64,000 bases of DNA, taken from NCBI GenBank assembly GCA_965198005.1, contig CBDAOI010000004.1, forward strand, positions 288,001-352,000, in the 5' to 3' direction. The DNA comes from Spirochaetia bacterium. GTDB taxonomy: Bacteria; Spirochaetota; Spirochaetia; SZUA-6; Bin103. Shown piece by piece: positions 18,400-28,669 of the stretch; within the stretch, counting starts at the first letter, position 1; each line of letters opens with the position of its first letter. The translations under genes were made by a program, and so were the position numbers. The notes beneath the pieces are model-generated. The model was not told the origin of the DNA, did no database searches, and saw only the letters and a program-made list of their open reading frames with translations.

Positions 18400-21300
18400 A
18401 TGTGGATCAGGCAGATCTCCGTGCGGCACTTCGCCGGAATCCGCTCCGCCGAAGTCTCCTTCGAACACGGCCTCAACGTCCTCTACGGACCGAACGAGAT
18501 CGGCAAGTCGACGCTCGTGGATGCCATGCGTGCCGCCCTGCTGCTGCAGCACGGCGCAACGGCCGCCCGCGACTTCGAGGATTGGCATACCGATCAACCC
18601 CCGCAGGTGAAACTGACGTTCGAGACCGAGCCACAGCGCATCTGGCGCGTGCGCAAGAGCTTCGGCAAGGGGTCGGATGGGTCGAGCTACCTGGACTTCT
18701 CGCGTGATGGAAAAACCTTCACTCAGGACGCCAAGGGCCGGGAGGTGGACGGCCGGATTCGAGATCTGCTGCGCTGGGGCCTGCCGGCACCAGGCGGCAA
18801 AGGGAGCCCCAGGGGATTTTCCGAGTCGTTCCTGGCGACCACCCTGCTGGCCGATCAGCGCGCCGTCGCCGCCGTGCTCGACCGCAACCTCGACGATGAC
18901 TCCGACGAGTCAGGAAAAGGACAACTGACCGCCGCGCTGCAGGCGCTCGCCGAAGACCCGGTGTTCCGAGCCGTCGTCGCCCGCACCCAGCAGCGCGTGG
19001 ACGAGGCGTTTACGGGCACCGGGCAACGGAGCCGACGTCGGGGATCTCCATGGATAAACCTTCGAGACCAGCGTCAGGCCGCCGACCAGCGCCGAACCGA
19101 GATTCGCCGCCGCGTTACCGAGAGTGACGATGCCCGCACCCGGGTCGACAAGCGCCGCGAGGAGCTCGACGAAGCCCGCAGCCAATTCGACAACGCGCGG
19201 CGGCGTCACAAGCGGATCGACGCCGCCTGGGAACGGCAGCAGGCGAGAGCCGCCGTCAGTGCCGAAATCGCCGAGGCAGAGCGCGAACGAGACCGGATTC
19301 AGGGTCTTCATGACGACCTGGACAAGGCCGGACGGGAACTGTCCGCTGCCAAGGAAGCGGTCAGCGCAGCCGACAAGGGCATGGAACAGGCGGCCGAAAC
19401 AGAGCGGCGCGAACGCGACTGCCGCGAAACCGCTCGCAAGCACTTGGCCGAACTGGAGAGTGGCGACGCCCAGCAGAAGCGAACGATCCGCAAGCAGGAG
19501 ATCGAGAATCTCCGGCTCAAGAACAAGAATCGACGAACGGAAGTCGAACGCGTCGAGGCGGAAGCGTTCGGAGTTCGAGACCTGGAGACCGCGACGCAAC
19601 GGCTGCGTGCGGATCTGACGGCCAAGTCACGGCAGCTCACCGCGACCGCGTCGCGCGTGCAGCAGGCTCAGGAGCAAGTCCGGAAGGACGATGCTGAAAT
19701 CAGTCGAATTACCGAACGTGCCATGGGTCTGAAACTGCTGGAGCTGCGGAGGCAGCTCGCCGCGATCGACGAGTCCGTTCGCCGCGCCAAGGAATTGCAG
19801 TCACGGGCGCAGGCGAAGTCGGAGCGGGCGAATGCGCTGCGCACGTCGGTAGAGGATCTCTTCTTGCCCGATTCGGAACAGGTGGAAACACTGCGAGCGT
19901 TGCAGACGGATCTCCGGGTTGCGGAAGAGACTTTGCAAGTGGGAGTTTCCGTCGAGATAACGCCGCTCCGGCCGATACCCCTCACGACCCGCGCCGACGG
20001 GGGACCACCCCGGACGGACGACCTGACTCGGCCGGTTGCGGTCGAAGCGGCCGCGCGCCTCCGTCTGGAGCTGGAGGGTGTCGGTCAGATCGAGATTCAG
20101 GGCGGTCGCCGCGACTCCCGTCAGCGAGCTTCGCGGCTGCGAACGGAGTGGGCCGACGCGACGTCCGGACTGTTCCAACGCCTCGCAGTTGACAGCCTGG
20201 AAGAGGTCTTTGCGAAATGCCACGCCGGCGAAAAGACGCTGGCCGAGGCCGACGGTCTGGCTCGCGAAGCCAAACAGGAAAACGAGAGAGCCGCGGCTCT
20301 GATTCATGATGACGGGTTCATCGCCGAGCGCGGGCGGGAGCTGCAACGGCTTGAACGACAGCTCAGGTCTGGTCTCGGCGAACGCGACCTTGAGGAGTTC
20401 GTTCGCCAGTGCGCGTCCGGCGACGGACTCGACGCGGCTTCGCTGGAAGAGCAGCTCGAATCCATTCGTGCTGACCGTGATCGCAGAACAGGGCGAATCG
20501 CCCAGCTTCAACGGGAAGTTTCCCGGGCCGAGGGAAGCATCGAGCCCCGGCAGCAGGAGCTGGATAAGCAGGAAGCCGCGCTCGAGGAAAAACGGGAGGC
20601 TCTCGACGCTTCCTGGGAGTCGGCTCTGGGACATGCGGAAACGGAACTCGAGATCCTGAGAGAAGAAGCCCGGAGTCTGCAGACGGAGCTCGAAACGCTG
20701 GAGACCGGGGCCAGCAACGAGATCGAACAAGCCCGAACCATCGCCCGGCAGGGTGCGCAGCGGCTTGCGGTCGCCGAGTCGCGCAGCACCAAGTGTAGAG
20801 AGTCGGTCCAATCGGCGCGGGAGGCACGCGACCGGCTGGCGGGCAGGGTCGATGAGCGCGCCGCTCTGGTGCAGCGCGAAGATCTTGCAACCGCACACGC
20901 GCACGTCGAGGTTCTACACGCCAAGTTCACGGAACTGCCCGTACCCGAGATGAAAGTCACCGAACAGGACCGCGAGCAGGCAGGGGAAACCGTGCGGCTT
21001 TTGACCGAAGAGTGCAACGCCGGGCACGCTGAGCTGCAGCAGGCGGAAGGCGCGCTGCAACAGGTTGGTGGTCATTCCGTCCAGGAGCAACTCGAACAGG
21101 CAAACGAGGCCGTGAAGGCGATCGAGCGACGCGAGGGCGAGATCGAAATCGAATATGGCGCCTGGAAGCTGCTGCTCGAAACGCTTCGGGAAGCCGAGGC
21201 CGAAGATGCCGTGCACCTCGGGAAGGCGCTCGTCGACCCCGTATCGCGACGAGTCTCCGAACTGACCGGCGGAGCGTACGGCGAGGTCTCGATCGCGCCG

Positions 21301-21618
21301 ACGCTGTCGACTCGGAACATCGAGGTCGCCGGCAGTGAACGGGAGCTCTCGCGGTTGTCGGTCGGGACCCGAGATCAGCTTGCAACCGTGCTGCGTCTCA
21401 CCATCGCGGAGAAGCTGGGCAGCACCGTCGTCCTGGACGACCAGCTCGTGCAGAGCGACGCATCGCGCATGCGCTGGCTGTACGAGTTCATGCTGCAGTG
21501 CGCCAAGGAGTTTCAGATTCTCGTGCTCACCTGCCACCCCGAACACTATGCGCGCGCCGATCGACGCCCGCTGCGCTCGATCGACCTCACGCAACACGTC
21601 GAGCGCACGCGACCGTAG
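18400..21618 (+). CDS. Rad50/SbcC/YhaN-like SMC-type ATPase with long coiled coil
   Basis: Walker A GPNEIGKST, long heptad region, LSVGTRDQ signature, VLDDQLVQSD, LTCH. Confidence 0.9.
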   Translation: MWIRQISVRHFAGIRSAEVSFEHGLNVLYGPNEIGKSTLVDAMRAALLLQHGATAARDFEDWHTDQPPQVKLTFETEPQRIWRVRKSFGKGSDGSSYLDFSRDGKTFTQDAKGREVDGRIRDLLRWGLPAPGGKGSPRGFSESFLATTLLADQRAVAAVLDRNLDDDSDESGKGQLTAALQALAEDPVFRAVVARTQQRVDEAFTGTGQRSRRRGSPWINLRDQRQAADQRRTEIRRRVTESDDARTRVDKRREELDEARSQFDNARRRHKRIDAAWERQQARAAVSAEIAEAERERDRIQGLHDDLDKAGRELSAAKEAVSAADKGMEQAAETERRERDCRETARKHLAELESGDAQQKRTIRKQEIENLRLKNKNRRTEVERVEAEAFGVRDLETATQRLRADLTAKSRQLTATASRVQQAQEQVRKDDAEISRITERAMGLKLLELRRQLAAIDESVRRAKELQSRAQAKSERANALRTSVEDLFLPDSEQVETLRALQTDLRVAEETLQVGVSVEITPLRPIPLTTRADGGPPRTDDLTRPVAVEAAARLRLELEGVGQIEIQGGRRDSRQRASRLRTEWADATSGLFQRLAVDSLEEVFAKCHAGEKTLAEADGLAREAKQENERAAALIHDDGFIAERGRELQRLERQLRSGLGERDLEEFVRQCASGDGLDAASLEEQLESIRADRDRRTGRIAQLQREVSRAEGSIEPRQQELDKQEAALEEKREALDASWESALGHAETELEILREEARSLQTELETLETGASNEIEQARTIARQGAQRLAVAESRSTKCRESVQSAREARDRLAGRVDERAALVQREDLATAHAHVEVLHAKFTELPVPEMKVTEQDREQAGETVRLLTEECNAGHAELQQAEGALQQVGGHSVQEQLEQANEAVKAIERREGEIEIEYGAWKLLLETLREAEAEDAVHLGKALVDPVSRRVSELTGGAYGEVSIAPTLSTRNIEVAGSERELSRLSVGTRDQLATVLRLTIAEKLGSTVVLDDQLVQSDASRMRWLYEFMLQCAKEFQILVLTCHPEHYARADRRPLRSIDLTQHVERTRP

Positions 21619-21757
21619 CCGCCTCAGCCAGCGGAGCGCGGCCGCAAATCGCGAACCTGACCCGCCAACCACGACACCACGATCTCCCGCGTTGCCGATC
21701 CGGGCGCAAGGGCAGTATGCTGGCGCGAGGAGGTGCGGCGAACACACCGGCTTATTC

Positions 21758-21853
21758 ATGGGACGCATCGTTAGCTCCGTGATCGTGGAGAACGTGCCTG
21801 CAACCCGCGCCGTCCGAATCGACGCGTCGGTTGATACGGGCGCCGCGACTTGA
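21758..21853 (+). pseudogene. N-terminal fragment of a clan AA aspartyl protease
   Basis: MGRIVSSVIVEN...[10 protein letters not shown] ends right after the DTGA motif. Confidence 0.55.
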
Positions 21854-21874
21854 ACATTGATGAGTCGGTTTTCG

Positions 21875-22185
21875 AGCGGCACGTGCTCCTCGTCACGGCA
21901 ACGCCGCACAGCGGCAACGAGGATGCGTTCCGCTCCCTGCTGAGCCTGCTCGATGAGGAGATCGCCGACCTGCCGGCGGACCTGGACGGAGCGGAACGCG
22001 AAGGCGCCCGCCGGCGGCTCGCTCGTCACCTCGTGCAGCGCCGCCGCGGTGACATCCGCCGGTACCTCGAGGGGCTGCGCGGCGGCGTCGAGCGCGCACT
22101 TGCCATCCTTGGCGCCGGCTTCACCGGCCATCCCAAGAACGAGGTGTTGCGCGAAGCGGTACGCTCCGGATCGCTCACCCCGACG
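21875..22185 (+). pseudogene. fused remnant of DISARM-like SNF2 helicase (DrmD-like) and N6 methyltransferase (DrmMI-like)
   Basis: [19 protein letters not shown]...[12 protein letters not shown] joined to [22 protein letters not shown]...RSGSL. Confidence 0.6.
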
Positions 22186-22365
22186 GGGTGTCTCGAGTGC
22201 CGAGTAGAGGGCGCTGGACGGCACCGAGTGGCGCCTCGGCTGGGCCACGATGTTGAGATTAAGCGCCTTCCAATACGTTGGCAGCAGAGGCCGGAGTGGC
22301 GATGAGCCGCATGATGTAACTGCCGTGACGGACGACCGGCCGATTAGGAATCCCGGGGCAAACAC

Positions 22366-22770
22366 TTACGCTTGAATCTCTCCAAGCCACGTGAAACCGA
22401 GGTGTTGCCGAGTAAGCGAAATGACGAACGGTGGGGGCATGTGGAGAGTAAGGGCCAGGACCGAATTTCGATGCTTGTCGATGACCTGAGCCGCCTCCTC
22501 TTCGGTGGATAGCCGAGCGGCGATTACCACCAGCCCCAGCCGGGCATGCTGTATTGCCTGTAACTCTACCAGTCTGCGTCGAAGTTTCTTGTCGCCGCTC
22601 ACGGCAATCCAACGCCGCTTCGCTACATTCGGGATCCAATCCACGTCGCGATCACCCGATTCGATGCCAGGCACATCGCGATAAGTAACAGCGTGCACGT
22701 TCATCTTACGCAGCAAGCTGACAAGTCGAGGACCGTACGTCTCGTCCACATAGAAGGTGGGAGGCGTCAC
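22366..22770 (-). CDS. VapC45-like PIN toxin
   Basis: FYVDE, DVDWIP, VSGDKK; GTGA coupling to DUF433 gene. Confidence 0.8.
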   Translation of the reverse strand: MTPPTFYVDETYGPRLVSLLRKMNVHAVTYRDVPGIESGDRDVDWIPNVAKRRWIAVSGDKKLRRRLVELQAIQHARLGLVVIAARLSTEEEAAQVIDKHRNSVLALTLHMPPPFVISLTRQHLGFTWLGEIQA

Positions 22771-23459
22771 GCAGCGCGGCTCGATTTCTCGTAGCTGATC
22801 GCGCTCTCCACTTCGGCCACGGGGCGTTCGTATACCGCGGCAAGCTGCGCTGCCTCTTCGCCGGCGCGCCAGCGTTCATGGATGATCGCCGTGGGGATAC
22901 CGGTCCCTGGGATTCGTGGTTGCCCAAACCTGATCTCCGGGTCCACTTCTGCCGCCACGACAGATCCGTTGTTGGGGTCGAGGAGCCGGAGTCGGTCCGG
23001 GAGTCCGTCTACTCCGCGGTCGACCTGCATCATGCACCGCAGTAGTTGCGCCTTCATTTCGAACTGGCCCGCTCGGCTGATGTTGAGATACTCGCCCGTT
23101 TTCTCAACAAACACGTCTGAGCGGTCAGTGAGGAGATCACAGTCAGCGAGAGGATGGTCGGTTTGGGCGGTCTCGCGGAGATAGGCGATAGCGCTCCGGA
23201 CGTTCTTGAGCGGCACGGCGTGGAGCGTGCGAAGCGACGAGAGCACATACAACTCCACTAGATTCCGGAACGACAGATACGGTGGACGAGCCGGCACGAT
23301 GGGAGGCCAGAACCGCTTGCCGGCGCTCGTGCTGTAGCGCGAGCCACGTGTCCAGGACCGCACCGTCGAAACCGGTCGCCTGATGATCCGCGCAGCTTCG
23401 GTTGGTGAGTATGCGGGAACCTCGGCGGGGCGCACGCCACCGTGGATGTCATCCGCCAT
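22767..23459 (-). CDS. HTH + DUF433 antitoxin (VapB45-like)
   Basis: PAYSPTEAA, LSFRNLVE, DPEIRFGQPRIPGTGIPT. Confidence 0.85.
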   Translation of the reverse strand: MADDIHGGVRPAEVPAYSPTEAARIIRRPVSTVRSWTRGSRYSTSAGKRFWPPIVPARPPYLSFRNLVELYVLSSLRTLHAVPLKNVRSAIAYLRETAQTDHPLADCDLLTDRSDVFVEKTGEYLNISRAGQFEMKAQLLRCMMQVDRGVDGLPDRLRLLDPNNGSVVAAEVDPEIRFGQPRIPGTGIPTAIIHERWRAGEEAAQLAAVYERPVAEVESAISYEKSSRAA

Positions 23460-23528
23460 GTGGAGAATATGAGTCAACCCAGTGCAACTGTCCAGACGTT
23501 CCCGCGCGTTCCTGCCGCGGCGCAGGTC

Positions 23529-23570
23529 GTCACCAACAGCGCGGTCTGCACGGCGTTCGGCAGCGTGAGC
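23529..23570 (-). repeat. displaced diverged copy of nadB 3' region
   Basis: 37/42 nt identical to 38249-38290; encodes LTLPNAVQTALLVT vs LTLRNAVQTALLVT. Confidence 0.8.
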
Positions 23571-23605
23571 GGGGCAGGGTGACAGCCACGCGGCATAGCG
23601 CGCCA

Positions 23606-24108
23606 ATGGCGGCCGTGCGCACGTTCAACACCGCGGGCCCGGTCCGGGCGGACCGGCACTACCAGATCGCGCCGCTGGCGCGGATCGACCTTGAGGAAGT
23701 GCTCGGTCTGATCCGCGACGAGAAGTACTTCGTGCTGCACGCGCCGCGGCAGGCCGGCAAGACCTCCGCGCTGCTGGCGTTGCGCGACCTGCTGAACGGC
23801 GGGCAGGCGGGTGATTTCCGCTGCCTGTACGCCAACGTCGAAAACGGTCAGGCGATGCGCGAGAACGTGGCCGAGGGCATGCGCACCGTGCTGGCCGAGC
23901 TGGCGTACCAGGCGAGCGTGACGCTGGACGACGAGACCCTGGAAGAGTTGTGGCCGGCGCTCTGGAACGGGTCGGACCGGCGCAGGCGCTGCGCCAGGCG
24001 TTGGCGCGCTGGTGCATGGCAGAGCCGCGCCCGCTGGTGATCCTGATCGACGAGGTCGACGCGCTGGTGGGCGACACGCTGCTGTCGGTGCTACGGCAGC
24101 TGCACACC
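23606..24108 (+). pseudogene. AAA ATPase-PD-(D/E)xK family copy 1 (frameshifted, truncated)
   Basis: Near-identical to the 5' third of the 29933 and 32871 copies; frameshift near 23960, ends near 24105. Confidence 0.88.
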
Positions 24109-24109
24109 A

Positions 24110-24530
24110 ACCACCGTCATCACCGACTACGCGCAGGTCGCGTTGCTGCTGCACAGCGTTCGGGAAGACCACAGCGGGGCATACCTTGCCGCGCTCGCGG
24201 CCAAGGGCATCCCCGCGTTCTGTCCGCGCGCCAGGGCGCTCTTCGAGATAGCGGAGATCGGTTAGCTGGTCGCCTGCTACGCGGTTCTGTTCGGCTGGCA
24301 CGGCGCCGGCCGCGGCGCGGTGCGCGGTGGCGCGGCTGGCACGCTACGTGGATCGAGCCATCGTGCAACTTGCCCGGCGCCTCGGCGATCCGCACCCGCT
24401 CGCGCAGGCGCTCCAGGGGTGGACGGCGCAAATCGCCGCGCTGCGAGCGGGAGAGACCCTCAATCTGCGCCCAGCCGACTACTTCTACCGTCTCCTTGCG
24501 CTGGAGCCGTTCCGGAGGGCCGTCCGCAAC
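24110..24530 (+). pseudogene. internal fragment of a UvrD-like helicase
   Basis: DYAQVALLLHSVR...LAAKGIPAFCPRAR, in-frame stop, ...DYFYRLLALEPF. Confidence 0.5.
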
Positions 24531-25304
24531 GTGCTGAACCTGGGAAAGTACGAGCGGCACTACTGGCAGGGCGTTACGTTCGGCGGGAAGGATACAAGAC
24601 CGGTTACCGAACAGGCGCTCTACGAGTACCTTGCCTTTATACTCTTATACTCAAACTCTACGGCGCGCAGCCGTTGCCGGGACTGACGCACCTTCACGGC
24701 AAGCGACACACCGCCATGGTGCACATCGGGGCGGTGGACGCGCCGGTCACCATCGACGAGATAGACGCGGCGGTGGATGAATGCCGCACGCTCCGGCAGA
24801 AGGAGCTGCACGTGCTGGGCTGGGAGTGGGAGATGGGGCTGTACGATCTGATGGTGGACGCGGCGAAGGCAAAGGGGCGTAAAGCTCCTGCTTCTGCAGA
24901 TACCGCGCGAGGTGATGGAGCAGCAGGCGGCCGACAAGGGCGACGTGCCGTTCTTCGAACTGGCCTACCTGGAAGCGGCGGTCGAGCGTGGGGAGGAGAA
25001 GCTCACCGCGCGGGTAACGCTCAAGGACTTCGTGATCCCCAACCCGGAACTGATCCCGGACGAGGTGCGCAGCAAGATCACGAAGTGGTCGGACTACATC
25101 GACTACTGGGCGATCGACCGGGACTTCCGCAGCGACACCTTCATGCAGGGATGGGTGGCGTACCGAACGCGCAAGGAGCGCACTCTGTCGCTCGCCTCCG
25201 ACCGGCACACGTACGAACGGGCAGGCGCGTACCGGGTGCTGGTCAAGGTGATTGACATCTTCGGCAACGATGCGTCGCAGGCGTTCGACCTGGAGGTGCG
25301 GTAA
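24531..25304 (+). pseudogene. C-terminal part of a type III R-M DNA methyltransferase (Mod), two frameshifts
   Basis: VLNLGKYER, LGWEWEMGL, IPREVME, WSDYIDYWAID, VKVIDIFGND; duplicated TTATACTC and an extra G break the frame. Confidence 0.75.
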
Positions 25305-25306
25305 CC

Positions 25307-25642
25307 ATGCTCAACCTCAGTCCCGACGAGCAGACCTGGCTCGACGAGTACCGGAAGGTGCTCCGTGAACGGCACGCCGGTGTAGTGTTGCGCATGGTCA
25401 TCTACGGCTCCAAGGCGCGCGGCGACGCGCACGCGGACAGCGACCTGGACGTGCTCATCATCGTCAGAAACGACGCCGGCGCCCTCAAGCGAACGCTACG
25501 GGACATCGGTTACGACCTGGCTGCCACATCCTGGGCCGTGCCGTCGATTCTGGCCTACACGCAGGACGAGTGGCAGCACCGGAAGGAAAAGGGATTCCCG
25601 TTTCAGCGGGCCGTGGAGCGCGACGCGGTGGCGGTGCTGTGA
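25307..25642 (+). CDS. minimal nucleotidyltransferase (MNT antitoxin)
   Basis: IYGSKARGDAHADSDLDVLI. Confidence 0.88.
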   Translation: MLNLSPDEQTWLDEYRKVLRERHAGVVLRMVIYGSKARGDAHADSDLDVLIIVRNDAGALKRTLRDIGYDLAATSWAVPSILAYTQDEWQHRKEKGFPFQRAVERDAVAVL

Positions 25643-25848
25643 ACCGGGACGTGGTCCTTGGCGAGTGGCGCGCCGAGCCGCTAGAACGCTGTCGGCGGCG
25701 GAGCTGCTGGTACGCGAGGGCTATCCCGAGGATGCCGTCGCTCACGCCTATTACGCAGTCCTCCACGCCGCCAAGGCCGCGCTCTCGGTACACGACGTCA
25801 TGGCCGAGAGCCATTCGTCCGTGCGCGGCATGTTCGGCAAGCATCTCA
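25639..25848 (+). pseudogene. HEPN toxin, frameshifted and truncated
   Basis: GTGA overlap; AYYAVLHAAKAAL...SHSSVRGMFGKHLI then abrupt switch. Confidence 0.78.
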
Positions 25849-26124
25849 TACTTACCGAGCGGCGCCATCGGCTTCTACTATCCCGACTGGGTGGTCGTGC
25901 AACAGAGCGCCGCCGGCGAAGTGAACTGGATCATCGAGACCAAGGGCCGCGTCTGGGAAGGCACCGAGCAAAAGGACGCTGCCATGCAGGAGTGGTGCCG
26001 GCGGGTCGACCGCGAGTCCGGCGTTCGGTGGCAGTACCGGCGCGTAAACCAGAGCGAGTTCGATCACCGCTGCACGACCCTCGCCGAGCTGGTCGCGGGC
26101 GCCCACAATCCCGGCATGTTGTGA
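25849..26124 (+). pseudogene. C-terminal fragment of type III restriction endonuclease (Res)
   Basis: GFYYPDWVV...WIIETKGR...KDAAMQEWC. Confidence 0.7.
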
Positions 26125-26217
26125 TCTCCCCACATCCGGCCGACCTTGGTCGCTGCCAGGGATCGTCAGTAATGGTGGATTCCACCGAAGGCTGCGCCGG
26201 GGCTGACGTTGCAGACG

Positions 26218-28669
26218 TTATGGCGTTGCTCCACCGACTCTCGGCTGAATGACGATACGCTGGCTCACTTCCTGATACACCGGGACTCCCTCTCCGGCTT
26301 CGATCGTCACGGCCAGCCCAACCGCGGGGCACGGACTTGTCCGAAGGCTGCGAACTGCTTCGACTCACGCCGATGCTTTCGTTGAATGTTTCGGGATGGA
26401 TCTCAAGTTTCGCTTGGCGATACGCCCGGTGACGAACGTTCACCGGCGAGAACCACGCAAGTGTCAGCCTAATTGATCGCGGCTTGGTAACTCGTTCGAG
26501 GCTCGGCGGTAGCGGAACTCGATACAGAAGCGCTGTGTCTTCGGCGTGAACCTCGCCGTATCCTACCAGCGTCGCTCAGTTCGCAGCGCAGGTCATGGCC
26601 TGTTCGACGATCGGGGCGCCATAGCCCAAAACACGAGAGATATTGTCCCTGCGTGTTACGTGGGTGCCTCGGCCAGTCGGTCCGTAGATGGCGTCAAGCA
26701 ATTCCCCCAGATCATCCCAACGCGCCCGATGTACCAGAAGCGCCTTGACGACGACTCCGTAGAACAGCGGGTCGACATCGGCAAGTATCCCTCCGTTGTC
26801 CTGATCCGACAACGCACCGAACAGGCGATGTGCCGCCCGTGTCGCCAGGGCCGTAGCGGCGCTCGTCCCGGCCGTCAGTCCCTCCTGGTCGAGTTGCCCG
26901 CCGGCGTCGGGGATCGCGGTCTTCAAGCCGTAGAGCCGTCCGGGCGGCACGTGGCGAATGCTGAGCTGCCCACCGGTGCTCACGATACTGAAGAGTTCTC
27001 GACCTCCCGGCATGAAAATATCGGGCTTGACCACCTTGCGATGTCCCACCCAGGGCAGAGGTAATGTTTGGCCCCGCGTGTACGTATGGTTCGTACACGA
27101 TACCGGACCCGTTCGCGCCGCCCACTGCGTCCTCATTCCATGCCCCCACGGTGATCACGTTCAGTGCTTCTGCCGGCGACAACAACGTCCGCTGGGAGCG
27201 CTGTCCGTCCAGTGCGCTGAGAATCGCTTTCTGTCGATCTGCCGCAGTGGCAGCTTCCAGGTCTGTGGTCCCGGTGAACGTGGGAACCGGCAGGGGATCA
27301 GTGACGTTCCCGGCGCTGACCACGAACAGGATGCCAAACCGCTCCGCGAGGTAGTCGAGCAACCGCCCCCACGGACTCATCGGCCCGGTAAATGGACGGT
27401 TCCGATCCCCGAGGGAGAGGTTCACGATGAACACCTCCGGAGCAGTGGCGTCACCCTGAGTCCCCGATCTTCATTCTCCGGACCGCGCGATAGATGGTAT
27501 CCACCAAGAGACGATCCGGTTGGGGCCGCTCAGATGATCCGTTGCCGGGAGCGTAGAGAACTGGTCGCAAGTACAGCGGACGTCGCAGGGACGGCTCCCC
27601 CCGAACGTTGCGGTCTCCGTGCAGGATCAGCGACGCCATCTCCGTACCGTGACGCCGTTCCGCGACGACGCTGAGCGCGTCGAGATCGTCCGGGTCGTCC
27701 AGCCGGAGGCGCTGGTCCAGCAGCCGGTGTCGCTGCACGGGAATACCGTCGAACAGCGCTGCGATCGGGGGAGTGTCAGCTTCCGGCGACGGGTCGACCG
27801 GAAGCCCGGAACCAAGCGTGGTGACCGCCGTGGGGAACAGAGTGATCGATTGCGGCCGCACGTACATGACCCCATCGCAGATAGCGAGCAAGGTTTCCTG
27901 TCGTTGAATCAGACGCCGGACCTCAGCCGCCGGCAGATCCACCAACGCGGCTTCATAGGCGATCTCCGGGATCGAGCAACGGCGGACCAACTCACCGCCG
28001 GAATCGCGGACCGCCGCCTCCAAGCGGGCATTTGCCCGCCGCTGGTTCTCACGGCTTTGGTGACTCCACAGTTCTATCTCAACGCGTACGGTGGCATCGG
28101 GACGGTCCGCGAGTTGCTCATTGAAGTAGTCGATCGTCTCCTCCGAAATTCGATCGGACGGTCCCCAAGCGCGGAGTTGATGGAGTTGGCGAAACACTTC
28201 GTGCCATGGTGCGAAGCCAGTGTCAGCCGGATGCCCCGCCTGGTAGCGATCCCAGAGACTGACCAACTCGCGGAGTGCCTGCGTATCAGGCATTGCGACA
28301 TAGAGGCGACCGCCAACCGGCTTATCAAGACGAGGCTCACCGTCGCGGCCCTTACGAGTATCCCGTATGGCGAAGTCGGTGTCTGGCTCGAACTCCGTTT
28401 CCTCGTCGCCGAGCAGTTCCAGTCCGGGAACGCGGCGCACAGCCTCATGAAACTTGTCGATCATGCCTGCGACTTCAAGCACCAGCGCCCACTCCGGCGC
28501 GATGCCGGCGGGGTCTTCACACAGGGTCAGCGGGTCGCGTTCTTCGTCGAAGACGGCGCGGAGGCGCTGGAAGACCGGCCCCAGCCTGTGGCCCTGCCGT
28601 GTCCGGTCAGGTAGCTGCAGCCTGCCTCCGCCGCCTGAGCCCGGCGGGCGTCGACGGAAACTCCGCCAA
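26218..28669 (-). pseudogene. S8 subtilisin-like serine protease (IetS-like), several frameshifts/deletions
   Basis: TTG MAEFP start, triad motifs LFDG, RHGTEMAS, GTSAATA in different frames; C-terminus GLAVTIEAGEGVPVYQEV. Confidence 0.82.

Noticed and set aside
17273-21618. Wadjet or Lamassu assignment
   Set aside because: No JetA/B/D-like or LmuA/C-like genes recognised; the partner is an Mre11-type phosphoesterase
26145-26200. Possible third degenerate nadB 3' end
   Set aside because: Alignment to 38186-38230 needs several gaps; cannot exclude chance in GC-rich DNA
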